Positions 22,601 to 34,800 of a stretch of DNA of 64,000 nt are shown here, piece by piece. Every line of letters begins with the position of its first letter. Position 1 is the stretch's first letter. The notes below the pieces were generated by a model. That model did no database searches and was not told the origin of the DNA. It saw only the letters and a program-made list of their open reading frames with translations. The DNA comes from Raillietiella orientalis (taxonomy: Eukaryota), in NCBI GenBank assembly GCA_036172245.1, contig JAYWIR010000003.1:4898001-4962000 (forward strand), read 5' to 3'. Both the position numbers and the translations under genes were made by a program.

Positions 22601-24279
22601 TTTTGTTTCCAGGGAGAAGAGCGAGGTCGGTTCGGCGCCACCTCCTCACCGTGGGGTCCTCCTTCCAGACGCTGCAGGCGCCAAGATGGAGGACTGAGAG
22701 CGAAGGAAGGCGGAAGGGGGAAGGGATCAGCCTCCTCGTTTTCATGGAGACTGCGGTACCCCCTGCTTTGGGGACTCCTCCTCGCCTTCTCGTCTCGGAG
22801 AGCACCTCTCCCGGAAGGAGGACCGTCGTTTCCCAGGGAGGGACTCCTGCTATCCCTGAGGCCGCCCTCTGCTCCCTCCATGGCGGTTCCCGACTGGACC
22901 TGGCACTGCACCTCGGACGCTCCAGGTGCTTCCGGAACAGGGGCCATGGGAGCGAGTCGCCTCCTCTCCTCCCCCCTGCGAGTCCTCCCGTGGCCCCGAC
23001 TCCCCCCGTCGCGTGGCATCCGGAGACCAGGAGGAAGGTGCGCGCACCCTCTGGCCCTCCTTCCTGCCCTCGCGGGAATCAGAGGCGGAGGCAAGACTCT
23101 TCAAACTTCCTCCCTCGAGAGTCAGTTCGTCATCGGAAAGAGCATCCCTCATGTCCTCCTCCTTTCTTTCTTCACCCCGATTCCCGTAGGGCAGTGCCCT
23201 GCAGAATCCAGGGGGAACGTGGTCTCAGCGTGGTCTGCGGGGGCGGCAGCGCGGGCGACCAGCTGGAGGCAACCGGAGACGGGGCCGGCTGGGGGCAGCT
23301 CGTGGGGACCACTCTCCTCCCTTCCCACGCTTAGAGGCGGGACGGGGAGGGCGGAGCTCGCGCGGCCTCGTGGGGCCCTCCTGGGTGCCGCGTGAGCGGA
23401 TCGGATCGGCGCCGCCGTGGATCCTCTCCGGGCGAGCCTTGCCGAGAGCCACGCAGCCGGCGGCCCGGGCCCGTTCCAGAAATAGTCCGGACGCGAACGA
23501 AGGCGGATGGGGGATTAGCGGCTGACAGGCACGCCGGGAGCTGGAAGGCAGGATGCGCAGGGACCCGACCGGAACGCTCCCGCGGCGTCGGCGGCGTCCC
23601 GTCACGGGCGCCGCCTATACGCGCTTGGAAGGAGAGGCGAGGGGGGGGAAGGAGCGCCCGCTCGTAGTCCGCGCAGACCATTGTCCCCGCGGCGGCTTCG
23701 TCTGGAGGGCTCTTCCTGTGAAGGCGGGGGGGACACGTCCGAGTGGGGCCTCAACCCCGTAAGGGCCGCCCCTCCTCTGAGGAGACGACTCAACTCCCTC
23801 CCTGCGATCCGTCCTAGGGCTCTCCGGGAATGGAGAATCGCGCTCCCTCCTCTCCTGAAGAGATATCCTGCCTCGGGTTCTCGGGGCGTGGTTTTGGGGC
23901 GAGGGAACGAGTCCCCCTCCTGCCTGTACCCAGGAAAGCGCAGGGAGGGAAGGGGGTGCTGGGAAAAGGTTCAGCGGGAGCACCCGAACCGGGAGCGCCC
24001 CGAAAGTAGGACGTCGTCGTCGTCGTTCCCGCGCCTTGACAAATCGAGCCGGGAAGGAGCGGGAATTTTGGCCGCGAACGCTCCCTGCTAAAAATACGAG
24101 GCGCGTCCTGCACTCCTGCACTACGTCGCATTCCCGGAGGAGGGAAACAGGCGGGCGCAGGGCGCCGAGCCGACCTCCCTTCTGCCCCCTCCCCCCGGGT
24201 TCCTTTCTCCCCGAGGGATCCGCCGACTTGCCGAGGGGCTCGGTCGAGACGAGAGCGGTCGGCCGACCCCCGCTTTTCC

Positions 24280-25650
24280 CTTTTGCCCCTGGGATCTTCG
24301 AGAGACCGACGGCCCAGAGCTGCTGGCGCTTACCCCGAAGAGGACAATCCGGTGAAGGCAGCGACGGTGTCCATCGCGACGGCGGGACAGGCGGCCACGG
24401 GTCGGTAGAGGCCTCCCAGGATTTCTGGGCTGGCAGAGAGAGCTCACCCGTGGAAGGGCCAGTGGATGCCAGGAGTAACGGGGTCGACACGGCGGGTCAA
24501 ATCTCCTGGCGGAGAGCTGCTTATGGGCAACGGTTTCTCCCGTGCTCACCCGCGCTCCGCCAGAGTGACTGTCCCCTCCCCCTCCCCTTCAGTGGTCCAG
24601 GCGCTCTGACGTCAACCGGAAGATACGACTCGCGCACGCACCCACCCAACGCACAGTCCTTCTGCTCCTCTCCCATCCCGCCTTCCGGAGTTGCTATGAG
24701 CCCTTCGTATTTCATGGTGCCGGTCCCTGGGAGCAGCCCAAGCTGGAAAGGGGAGTAGAACGCCGCCCAACGAGCGTCTCTCCCGGCCGCTGCTTAGTCC
24801 GCCCACCTGTCTCCTGGGCTGCACTCCCGAGTGAAGGATTCTCAGACGGTGATGGCTGGAATGGCCTCGCTCTCGGAGTCTGGAATCGGGGCATCTTCCC
24901 CTATGTGGTCCCAGAGCTCCTCGGGCTGGAGTGGGAACGATATTCGTTGCATCGCAAACGGTGGGCGTATTGCCCTTCGTCCTTGTTTCGGACTCTGCTG
25001 CCCGGCATGGATGGCTTTCCGGCTTGGCTCTCTGCCCTGAACCGGCGTCCATCCGCCTGACGTCCTCTTCCGTGAGAGCCCGGCCACCCTTCTCCCGAGC
25101 CCCCAGCTGTGGTGGTGCTCAACCTCTTGGCGCTTCCGCATCCACAACGGCGGTGACCGTGGACGGGAACACCGACTTGACGTTCCTCGGATGGCCGCAG
25201 GGAAGGCACTTCTTTTGTAGGTGCCCCTCTCCCACGCAGCGGCTTCCCCGCATGCGGCAAATCTGTGATGACCTCAGCGACCCGTGATGAGTGACGGGAC
25301 TCTGCCCACCACTCAAACCTCTCAATGCGCGCAACTCGCCAACTCACCGGAGACTCATTCAAGCCCTCTGACGAAGCATCGCTGATGGCAAAGTGCGTGG
25401 ACAGTGGAGTGCGCTTAAAAGGCGGCCATGACCTCTCAGCCCGCGATCCTAGAGCGATGCTGCCAAGATGAGCCGTGAGCAAGCGTCTTCTGCGATGGGG
25501 ACGGTCGCGTGACTCATTGTGAGGTGCGCTATATGCGCTGCGTGAGAGGCGCATCCTCAAGTGCTCGGCTCCCTTGGGAGCATCGGGAAATCGAGGAACC
25601 ACAGCGATTCTGTTTGGATCGATCACCCGAGTCGCGAATGACCCCCTTCA
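24280..25650 (-). mobile_element. Decayed L1/Tx1-clade non-LTR retrotransposon, 5' part (ORF1 zinc knuckle plus AP-endonuclease remnants)
   Basis: Stop- and frameshift-ridden translation MAAF*AHSTVHALCHQRCFVRGLE*VSG...VPSLITG, then RCVGEGHLQKKC (zinc-knuckle-like), followed in the expected order by GLLPGT (LLQET-like), PGDLTRRVDP (GGDFN..LDP-like), DPWPPVPP and AFTGLSS (D.WR..HP...FTW-like). The 5' boundary is unclear and may extend towards 27-28 kb. Confidence 0.5.
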
Positions 25651-28600
25651 GGGTGAGATTTCCTGACTGGTAGCGGGGCACTGGGCTGCAGTCGCGAGCT
25701 ACATACGCTCGTAACTGTCCTGACCGCGGAGACAACTGTGCCTCTCGACAACGCCTCCGGCGTAAGCGGCGTTAAGTTGAGCAGCCAGAACCGCCACTCT
25801 TCAGAAGGATCTCTTCCTCCTTCGAAGCAGCACGCGAAGTGATGGGACGTCCGCTGATAGCTTGCTCTGTGTACAACCGGGAATTCGGCCGCTGCCAACG
25901 GTGTGCTCGGCCTTCCCCCGTGAAGTCTTCCAGAGCGACTCATCATGGAGCGTGTGGGTCGGTGGAGGAGGCAAGGGACTCGCATCACCATGGACATGCA
26001 ACTCTGGAACATGGATGAGGACGTGAGTTGACCCTCCGTGAGCCTTCGAGAGAGTGGGTGTGAGCAACCCTCCGGGATCGATGGCAGCTTTCACAGGATC
26101 TTCTACCGGTCCACAAAGATCTTGCTTGTCCAATCAACTAAAAGAAAGAGCTCAAGACGGGCCTCGAAGTCCCCAGGAAATGGATCGGAGCAACTGCCAC
26201 ACCTCCAGCAGCAAAGCTCTCTCTAAAAGAGGACAACGACAGATGCCTTCCGGGAAGGTGAGAGTTCTCCTGAACACTTGAGGGAACTACGAAGTTCCTC
26301 GGTATACGGTCACCAAGAAGCTCTCTTCAGAGATATAGAGACCCCTAGTGTTCGTGAGGACACTTTCCTGAGGGCGGAACCGCTAAGATTGCTTTAGTCC
26401 CTCTGCTTTTCCAGACTGAACTCCCCTTCTTTCCCCCGAAATAAGGCAGCAGACCATAGATGCACTGCTGTATGGAGGTGTGCACTCCTGCGCGACAGAC
26501 GACGGCGCCATGTGCCCAGAAAGAGCGGCATCCCAAATCGTACCGAAGAGAGAAGAATCCTCACTCCACTTCTCACTGGACGGTGGTGGGCATCGTGCTG
26601 GCTGCGGTCGCCTGGAGAGAACGCCCCACCCACGCTTCTCCCGGGAGACGCACCGAGGGGTCTCTCGCAGAGTGGGATTCTCACCGAGGGATCGCTGTGG
26701 CAGCAACCTACTCCGGCTGCGATGCTCGCCACGGTTTTGGGGCGCACGTCTGTAGCATAGAGTCGCCGCGCCCCTGACGCGCTAGGAAACTGCGCACCCA
26801 CCCTCAAACCTGCGACCCCCCTGCCTAAGGGCAGAGGCTAGCTCCCGCACGTTTAACTCCAAGTGGGAAGAGAACTTGCAAGCACTGCCCTCAGGTGGCA
26901 GCAGTGCAAACTGTCGGCAGCCCGGCAACCACTCCCCCTTTCAGCGCCCTTGATTCCAGCACTCGCTCATTTGTTTCTTGTTCCCCCTCTTCCGAGGGTG
27001 GCCGCCGAAGGACTAACTCGCGGATCGGCATCCTCTTCATCCCATTCGGATGCAATCCTCAAAGAAATAAGGCTCTCGAGGGTACCCGTACAGCTAGTGT
27101 ATACGAGTCCTCGAGTATGAGACCCTTGCACGTCTTTCCGAGCCACGGAGCCGGTATGAAGGGGGCAAGGGAGAGCTTGGAGAATGCTGGAAGGCAGAGA
27201 GGAAAAGGGGAGCTTAACTCGTCTCTTGAGGGGCCGGGAGCACCTCAAGAAACAGCTCCCTGTCTAGCACAGCCAGACGGACGACCCGGATCACCACGGG
27301 GCCGCAGGAGAAGGGGTATCCGCGTCCATCCACGAAGCAACGGTATCCGGATCGGACAGGGGGAAGAGCCTCTAGTCCAGGATCATGTTCCTTCTCGTAT
27401 TCCAGGTTTTCACAGGAGTCCCGTGGCGATCCATCCCTGGGAAGGGATCCCTCCCTTCTCTGTAAGAGGTGAACCTAGGTAATCCACAGTCTTGCTTTCC
27501 CTCGGAGACTGGCATCAGTATCCCCCACTGAGGCCGTAAGCGGCTCCCAGGCTCGCATATGAATGGGAAGGTGTCCCCACTAAGACCTATGAAGGGGGGA
27601 GGTTCGCAGTCTCGTCGCGGTCCATTGAAGGAGAGAGGAGGGGTATAGTCGTTTGAGACCACTGCAGCCCCTGTCTCTCTGGGAAGGGGGATCAACCATC
27701 TCCTATTCCAACCGCGTGCACTCGCGACACTCTCTTCAAATGAGTAGGAGTTGGACTAGCGTTCCCGCGCGGGGGGAAGGGAGGAGGGGGAATAGGTGCG
27801 CGATCCCTCCTCCTCCCCCAGCTCTTGCCGCAACTGCGAGAATAACTGGGAAAGGAGCCATCTTGGTCTAAGGAAAGGAACGAGACTTCCGTTGACGAAA
27901 ACAGGCGCTGCCCCCTTCTCCACGAAGATAGAAAAGGGGAAGGGAAGGGGCATGTCTCCTTGATGATGGCGCCGAGCATGTCAACCTAGCATACCCCGTC
28001 CAACGCGCCTTAGGGAAGTTCTGTGACTCTCCTGGCTAGCTAGAGTCGCTTCCTCTCCCTCAGCTTTCTCTCCTCTCTTCTTTCCTCCAACACGACGATA
28101 TGACACGGATACGACACTAGGAAGCCACATGGCATCCCTAGACCGTCCGGTCCGGGGAAGAGAAAAGAGTGGAGAAAATGAGGGCCAACATGTCTCTTCT
28201 CTTCCTTGTCCGCGAAAAGGGGGTAGGGGGCGAGGGAAGGGTGAGGAAGAGCAAGGCGGGGAGCTCTGCGGACGGAAGCATTAGTTCTCGAGGGGGCGAC
28301 GAGATGGCGCGAGGAGCCACGATTCCCGCGCCGGTGACGAGACCTCTCTGCTCCTACCGCACTCCGTGGGAGCTCCCGGGAACTTACGACCTACGCCGAC
28401 CTACGACCTAGAGTGGCACCTGCCGCGGGGAGTGCTACGAAGGGAAAGCCGCCTAGACCATTCGACTTCTTGCTCCGTCCCGGTTCCGCGTTAGCCCCAT
28501 ACTTCCCGGTTCGAACGCGCCCCTCTCCCTTTCCGGAAGGGACCTAAACGGTCTCCGAGGGCCAGTCCCCACTCTGGACTCAACCTCTCAGAGCTTTCTT

Positions 28601-29240
28601 AGGTGAAGGCCGTCAGGGCAGTGAGCACTTGTCGCGCCTGCCGATAGGCAAGACGTGCGACCACGAAGGCACCTCGCCATTCCTGCACAGGTCCGTTCTC
28701 TTCCTCTGCCGCTGCTGCCCACGGAGAAGGTCGCCAGTGCGCCTATTCCTGTTCCAAGGAATGCTTCTCGGTATCCCTACTGCCGAGAGGTGTCTCCTGG
28801 GACGGAAGGGAAGGAAGGCCGGCCCTCTGCTGGAACCCAAAGAAGCGTGCACGTCCACCATCCCTAACGCGTCAGCATCTCCGGGAGTTGTCCATGAGTC
28901 CTCCTTCGCGGTCACTGCATCCTCGAGAACATAGTGGTGTGGCGGGCAGCTGCGGATTCATACCTCACAGCGAGATCCGTGGAGGCGCAAAAGTGTCCCA
29001 GGACCGGCTCGAGAGGGAGTTCCTGTTCTTCCTCCGCGAGAAACGCACCAGAAGAGGAGGAAACCAGACCTCCCGACGCGGGTTCGCCGAAGAGACCTCC
29101 CCTCCTTCGGTCTTGATCCCGTTCTATCGGCCTGCGGATGCGGCCCTGTGGCCGCCTGCCCCGCCTCACGTGGCGCCCCGTGAAACCGAAGTGAGCAGCG
29201 GTGCTGGTGCTCCACCCCAAAGTAGAGGCGGCCGCCTGCC

Positions 29241-29935
29241 TAATCCGTCCTCCCCCTCCCTCCTCGCCGCCCGGAGATTAGCGCCCTTTCCGAGGGACGT
29301 GACTCTCCGGGGGGGGATTAGAGCCCCGCAAATGTCAGGTCACGGGCACCCTTTATGGTGATGGATGCACGCCTGCCCATAGGAGCAGGCGCGCGCCGCC
29401 GGAGGGATGAGGAAGTGGGGGCGAGCAGACTTCCCTGCTCTCAGTATCCCTGGTCTCTGCTCAGAGTTCCCGGCTACTCGCACTCGTGGGTCCGGAAAGG
29501 GGAAACGGACGTCCCGAGAGCGAGTGGAGGTGATGGACCTCGAGGGACAGGCGAAGCCCACCCGCTCCTTCCGCTCCAGGGAAGAGATAAATGGAAAGCG
29601 ATGCTGCCCTTTTCCACTAACCCTTCCTTCTTCCATGACCGCCCTCCCCACCAAAAGGTCCTCAACTTGTAGTCTCCTTTCGGGAGAGGACAGCCGAATC
29701 CTTATCCCTTGACGGCCCCGCTCCTCGTTTGCAGAGAACGTCTTGCCGGAGGAAAGGGTGACCGAAAGGAAGTCAGGTGGGCGAGGTTCTCGTCCTCCGA
29801 GAGGGCGGCGCGTCTCCTGACTCGCCACTGAAGAGGTCCTTGGGTCCGCCCTGCCTCTTCGTCCCCGTTCGTGATCTCCCATCCCGTGGCCCGATAATCG
29901 CGAGGGATTAAGGGTCCCGCTTAACGGCCGGATTA
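29241..29935. promoter_or_regulatory. Cluster of K50-homeodomain (Otx/Otd/Gsc-type) sites, candidate chordin enhancer
   Basis: TAATCC 29241; GGATTA 29315, 29905, 29930; variants AGATTA 29275 and TAATCG 29895, in otherwise GC-rich, TAAT-poor DNA 1.9-2.6 kb upstream of the ATG. Confidence 0.45.
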
Positions 29936-31759
29936 GCGGGCACTCGCCGGATGCCCGCGGGGGAGGACGCCCGCGCGCGACCGCCCTCGCAGCCGCGCCA
30001 CGCCTCGCGGACGACGTTCGTCAATCCCGCGCTTCGTCCGCGATCTTGCGGGAGACCGGCGGCGGCGAACCGCGGAGACTGCCGACCCAGGGGCGTGCCG
30101 GTCTCTTCCCTTTCTCCCCTCTGGGCGCTCTCTTGGCCGAGTCCGGACGTCCGACTGGCCATTGGCCTGGATGGAGAAAAGCACCGAGGGGCCGGTTTCC
30201 AGGGAGACTCCTGGAGGAGGTCCATGTTGGAGGAGACACTGCACGTAATGGACAACCGCGCGGCCCATTGGGCGCACGGCGTGCGAGCCTACAGAGGCAG
30301 CCCCTCGCTGGCCGACGGTCGTCCCTGTCAGAGAGGCGCGACCGTCGGTGAGGTCCATGGACAGGGGACTCAAGGAGAGCGGCCCATTGGCGGTGCCGCC
30401 GCCAGAGTGTCTCGTGTGTCGCCTCCTTCGCGACACCCTCTTTCCCCTTCACGCTCCTCTCTTCCACCCCCTACCCCAAAGGAGATGTGCCCTCCGGCAG
30501 CAGAGACCGCGAAGACGACGCGCAGTCTGGAGAGCGCCGCGACCGCCGCGCGCGGGAGGCACTAGCCGGCGGGGGGCAATAGCGGCGGCTCTACAGCTCA
30601 CCGAGGCCCGAGGAGACCCCTCTTTCCCCTTCTTTTCCTCTCTGCCTCCCTTCCACCGGGGGACAAGGGGGCAGCGCGCGTCGGGAGGGTGCGACGACGC
30701 GGGCCCTATTCTTCGCGCCCGCATGCCAGCGGACCTCCCACGATGCCAGCGGCCCCGCTCGGAGCGGGCGCGCATTCCTCCTTTGATGTCTTTCCGCGCT
30801 CCCTCCGGGAGCCGCGCGCTTTGATGCGGGCCGTGCATGATTCCGGGAATGCGGCCGGGCGGGGCCGACGACGCGGGAGGACGGATACACCCCCAGGTGC
30901 GTCCTGCGAACCCTTTCGAGAGAAGGGGCGGTTTTGAGGCACTCAGCTCGCCACTGTGAGGAGTAGCCGCGCTGACCAGGACAGCAGGGGAAGGAGCGAG
31001 GAGCCTCCATCTATCCTGAAAGACCCCTCCTCTTCTGGCAGTGCACAGCTTCCGGACTCCGTCCTTCCTGCTGCTCACGCGGTTCAGGGAACGGGTGGGA
31101 GTGCGTTGGGGGGAGAGAGTTCGCATTCACGCTTGCTCCCTGTGCTTTCCATCCTTCTTCTCTCACCCCTTTCAGGAGAAGGGGGAGGAGGAGAGTCCGG
31201 ACTGCTGGACTGGAGCGAGGCCAGCATCCCACTACGATCTCGTAGGAGCGGAAATAGCCTTAGGACCTGACCCACCTCGCATTCTTCCCTCTAGTGGAGC
31301 GGAGGAGAAGGGAAAGTGGAATGCTGGCGCACACTCCTTCTGGGCAGGTATCACTTCCAGGGGAGGCGAGCAGGGTCAGTTGCGCGCGGCAACGGAAGAG
31401 ACGCGCGGCAGGGTAGAAGGAGGGGCCGTGGAGACCCCGCCCTGCCTGCCGCGCCGCCCGTCGCCGCCGAGTCCGCGCCCGTCATCAGCGCGCGTGCGCC
31501 GACGTGCGCGGCGGCCTCGGAGGCTCGGCTGCTCAGTCGCTCGCTCGCTCTTGTTCAGCCCGTCCGTCGCCTTGACGACGATCGACAGCTCGCTCGCTGG
31601 CTGCCGCCGCTGCTCCTGCTCCTCCTCGTCCGCCAAGTCCCCTCCCGCGCGCCCGCTCGCGCACGTGCTGCCGCTCCCGGAAACGCACCCGGGCCGCCGC
31701 CTTCCTCCCTCAGAGAGCGCTGAGTCTTTTCTTCCGGCCGAGGGCGACGCCCCGCGGTC

Positions 31760-31810
31760 CCCCCATAAAGCGCCGGCGCCCTCGCGGGACGGCGGCAGTC
31801 AGTACGACCG
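31760..31810 (+). promoter_or_regulatory. Candidate chordin core promoter (TATA-like CATAAAG plus Inr-like CAGTCAGT)
   Basis: CATAAAG at 31764-31770 lies about 30-35 nt before GCAGTCAGTA (31795-31804), just upstream of the ATG at 31829. Other TCAGTY matches at ~31376 and ~31533 are alternatives. Confidence 0.35.
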
Positions 31811-31828
31811 TGCACCGCTGGAGCCGAC

Positions 31829-34800
31829 ATGGCCGTGCCGTCGTCGTCGTCGTCATCGCCGCCTCCGCTGCTGGCGGTGCTGCTGCTGCTGCTGCTGTGG
31901 ACGTTGGCGCTGCTTCTGTGGCGCTGCCAGCCCGCAGAGGCCAGCCGGAGGCGGCTGCCGCTGGTGGCCGAGGCCAACTACAAGAAGAAGGCCCGATCCA
32001 CAGGTGAGAGGTGGGGCGGGTGGAGAGGGGGGAAAGGGGCCAAAAGGCGCTCGCCTCTCAGGAAGGTGGAGTAGCATCCACGCGTTCCGCGGAGGGCGCT
32101 CCTTTTGCCCCCGAGTCTAGGAGAGCGGGATTTGCGGGAGTCTCCAGGGCGATGGGATTGGCAGACGCACAGGTCACTCCCACTCCCCTCGCTCGGCTGG
32201 CTACTGGCGGTGCCTGCGCCCGCGTCGCTGCCCCCCTTTCCCAACCTGCGACCCTTCCGCGGGAGCATCCTCTCTTAATTCCTGTTCCCCTGGAACCCGA
32301 GGAAGCAACCCCAGAGGGAGTCCACTTTACTCTGTCCTCCCCTTCCTTTCTCCTTCTCGTCGAGCGTGGGAGGAGGGGAATCTCCTGTGTCAACCTCGTC
32401 TTTTCACCCCCCCTTGTCTTGGTTCCTCCTCTCAGGAAGAGCCTTGCTCTCGTTCCCGTGGAGACGGCAGCTCTCCGTGCCTTCGTTGGCTTTCCCTCTC
32501 CCCATCCCAGAGCAGAGCGGGCTGGAGAAACTACAGAAGGTGAAGGGAGGGGTGGGTGGGAGAGGAAGGGGAGAGGATGCGTCCCATTCTACGAGCAGAC
32601 AGCGCGGCGACGCAGGGGAGGTGGTGCCATGCAGTCTGCCGCGCGAGCGGGGCGCCTGAGCCCCTCAGGCGCCTTGCGGGGACGGCCGCACGCCGTGCCG
32701 CAGGAGGGGTGACAGCTCTCTCACCCCATACCCTCAAGTCTTCTTTCTGCTATACCCTTTCCTTTACGCAGCTCCCAGCTCTTTTTTCCAGAGGGGAAGG
32801 GAGGGAGGGAGGGAGGGGAGACTGGCTGCCTTTCCGAGGGAGAGGACGAAGGTCCAGCCTGCTTGATCGACAGAAAGATGGTGGGGCGTGGCCTTGGGAG
32901 CGCCTTTTCTTTCTCCTCCCGATGGACCAGAGCGCGCTTTCCGAAGCCAGATGGCGTGGGTCCCGGAAGTGGGGGAAGGACAGGAGGCATCTCCTGGAGA
33001 AGATCTGCCTTCTGCCCTGTCCTCCCCAATTCTCAGAGGGGTGAACTGGAAGAGCACACCTCCCCCCGCCCCTAAGTGGTTCATCTGACTCAGGTCATTC
33101 GTTTCGGTTGTGAATCAGAGATGGAGGATCCCTCAGGCGGCTTTGGACTATCCCTTACCCTCCGGTGCCTTCCTCCGGCTCGTGCTCCACTTGGACCTCG
33201 GTTTCGGACACGGCAAGGGGTCGGACGGAGGGTCTCCATTTTCCCGCTCGGAAGGAATGATTGAACCTGCTGCCTTCCCGGTTCCTCTCCGGAAAAGCAA
33301 GGTGCAGGGATGCCGCGGAGGGAAGGGGCAAGGGAACGTTTCAGAACGGCGGAAGCTTTCGGAGCTGCTCGTCTCCTTGGAAACGAAGGGTGGGAGTGAG
33401 AAGGAGGTAGGGGGAGATCGACTGGCTCCCTTTCACCAATCGGGTCGGCTACGCCTCTCCACTGTGCGAGGTCTCACATACTCTCTATCCTCCACGGATG
33501 CTCCTCTTCGTGGAGGCGCTCCCATTCTTTCCGCCCTCCCCACTCCGCATACCATCTCGCCAGCTGCCTTTCCATTTCCCAGGAGTCAGATCCGGAACAA
33601 TGCTCTCCTCCCCACCCTGCGAGGACGGCACCGCTTTCCTCAAGGAAACGGTGCCTCCCAGTTTCTTCCACGAGCGGACAGTTGCCTCCTCAAGGGATTC
33701 CCCACGAGTCACGCATCCTGCCCTCGTGGGTCGAAGGACGTCCCAGCAACTGCCGTACGGCATGGACGTGTGCGCCCTTCGCGGCCAGTGACTCTATCTT
33801 TTCCTTCACGCAATCTCCTGTGCCTCCGCCTCCTCCCTCAGCCTTTATGCAAAAGGCACTCTTTCGTAGGAGCCCTCTTGTTGCGTTCCGCCAGCGAGGT
33901 CGGTTCAAGGGCGACCCAGGAGTGAGGCGTGTCGCCTGCATGCGTCCCGGAAGAGGGGGGATGGAAGTTGAGAGCGTGTGAGTGTCCGCTCCCCGGCTTC
34001 CCTCCAGTCGTCCTCGAGAGAAAGACCACCCGTAAAGAAGTAAACCTCCCCGAAGTCCCTTTTTCTTGGGTGGCGGTACCACGGGCGCGTTCTGACGGCA
34101 CTGGGCTTCATCGGCAATAGGCGCCGCCGCCAGGAAGTCACCGGAGACTATGTCAGGTCGACCCTTCTTCCGTTCCGGGCCGGGAGAGGTGAAGAGACCC
34201 TGCTTATGGCTGCCAGAGGAACGGGGCACTCTGCAAACCAAAAAGACAAAAAGGCAGGGTCGGGGGCCGGAGTAGTAGCAGCTGTAATAAAGACGAATTG
34301 GGAGCAGCAGCAGCGGTTGTCGAACAGCAGTATTAACGGCTATTGCGATTTCTGTGAAAACAACAGTAATGAATTATAGTAGCGGTCATTGCAGTAGTAG
34401 TCGCAGCAGTATTAGTATTAAAAGTATTTGAAATAGAGTCAGTAAGAGTAGCAATTAATAGTAATAACAAGAGGGAAAAGCAACAGCGACTGGAGTGATA
34501 GTGCAGCAAAATTAATGTCGTAGTAGTACTGGAGAAGTAGCAATGAAGCAGGAGGGATAGTAGTAGCAATAGTAGTAGTATCGACGGTTGCGAGATGAAA
34601 AGCAGCAGCGTTAGCTACTGGTATTAATAGTGGTAGAAGTTAGTAACAGTGGCAGTAACCGTCGCACGAAGAGGAGGCGAATCGAGGCACGTGAGGTGTG
34701 CGCGCTTCGGGTGGTGGCGCATGTGTCAGGCCGGCTCGCACCTCGAAGGGATGGAAGCGCAGAGCATGGGAACGCCAAAGCCGTCGCCCCCGCGCGGAGG

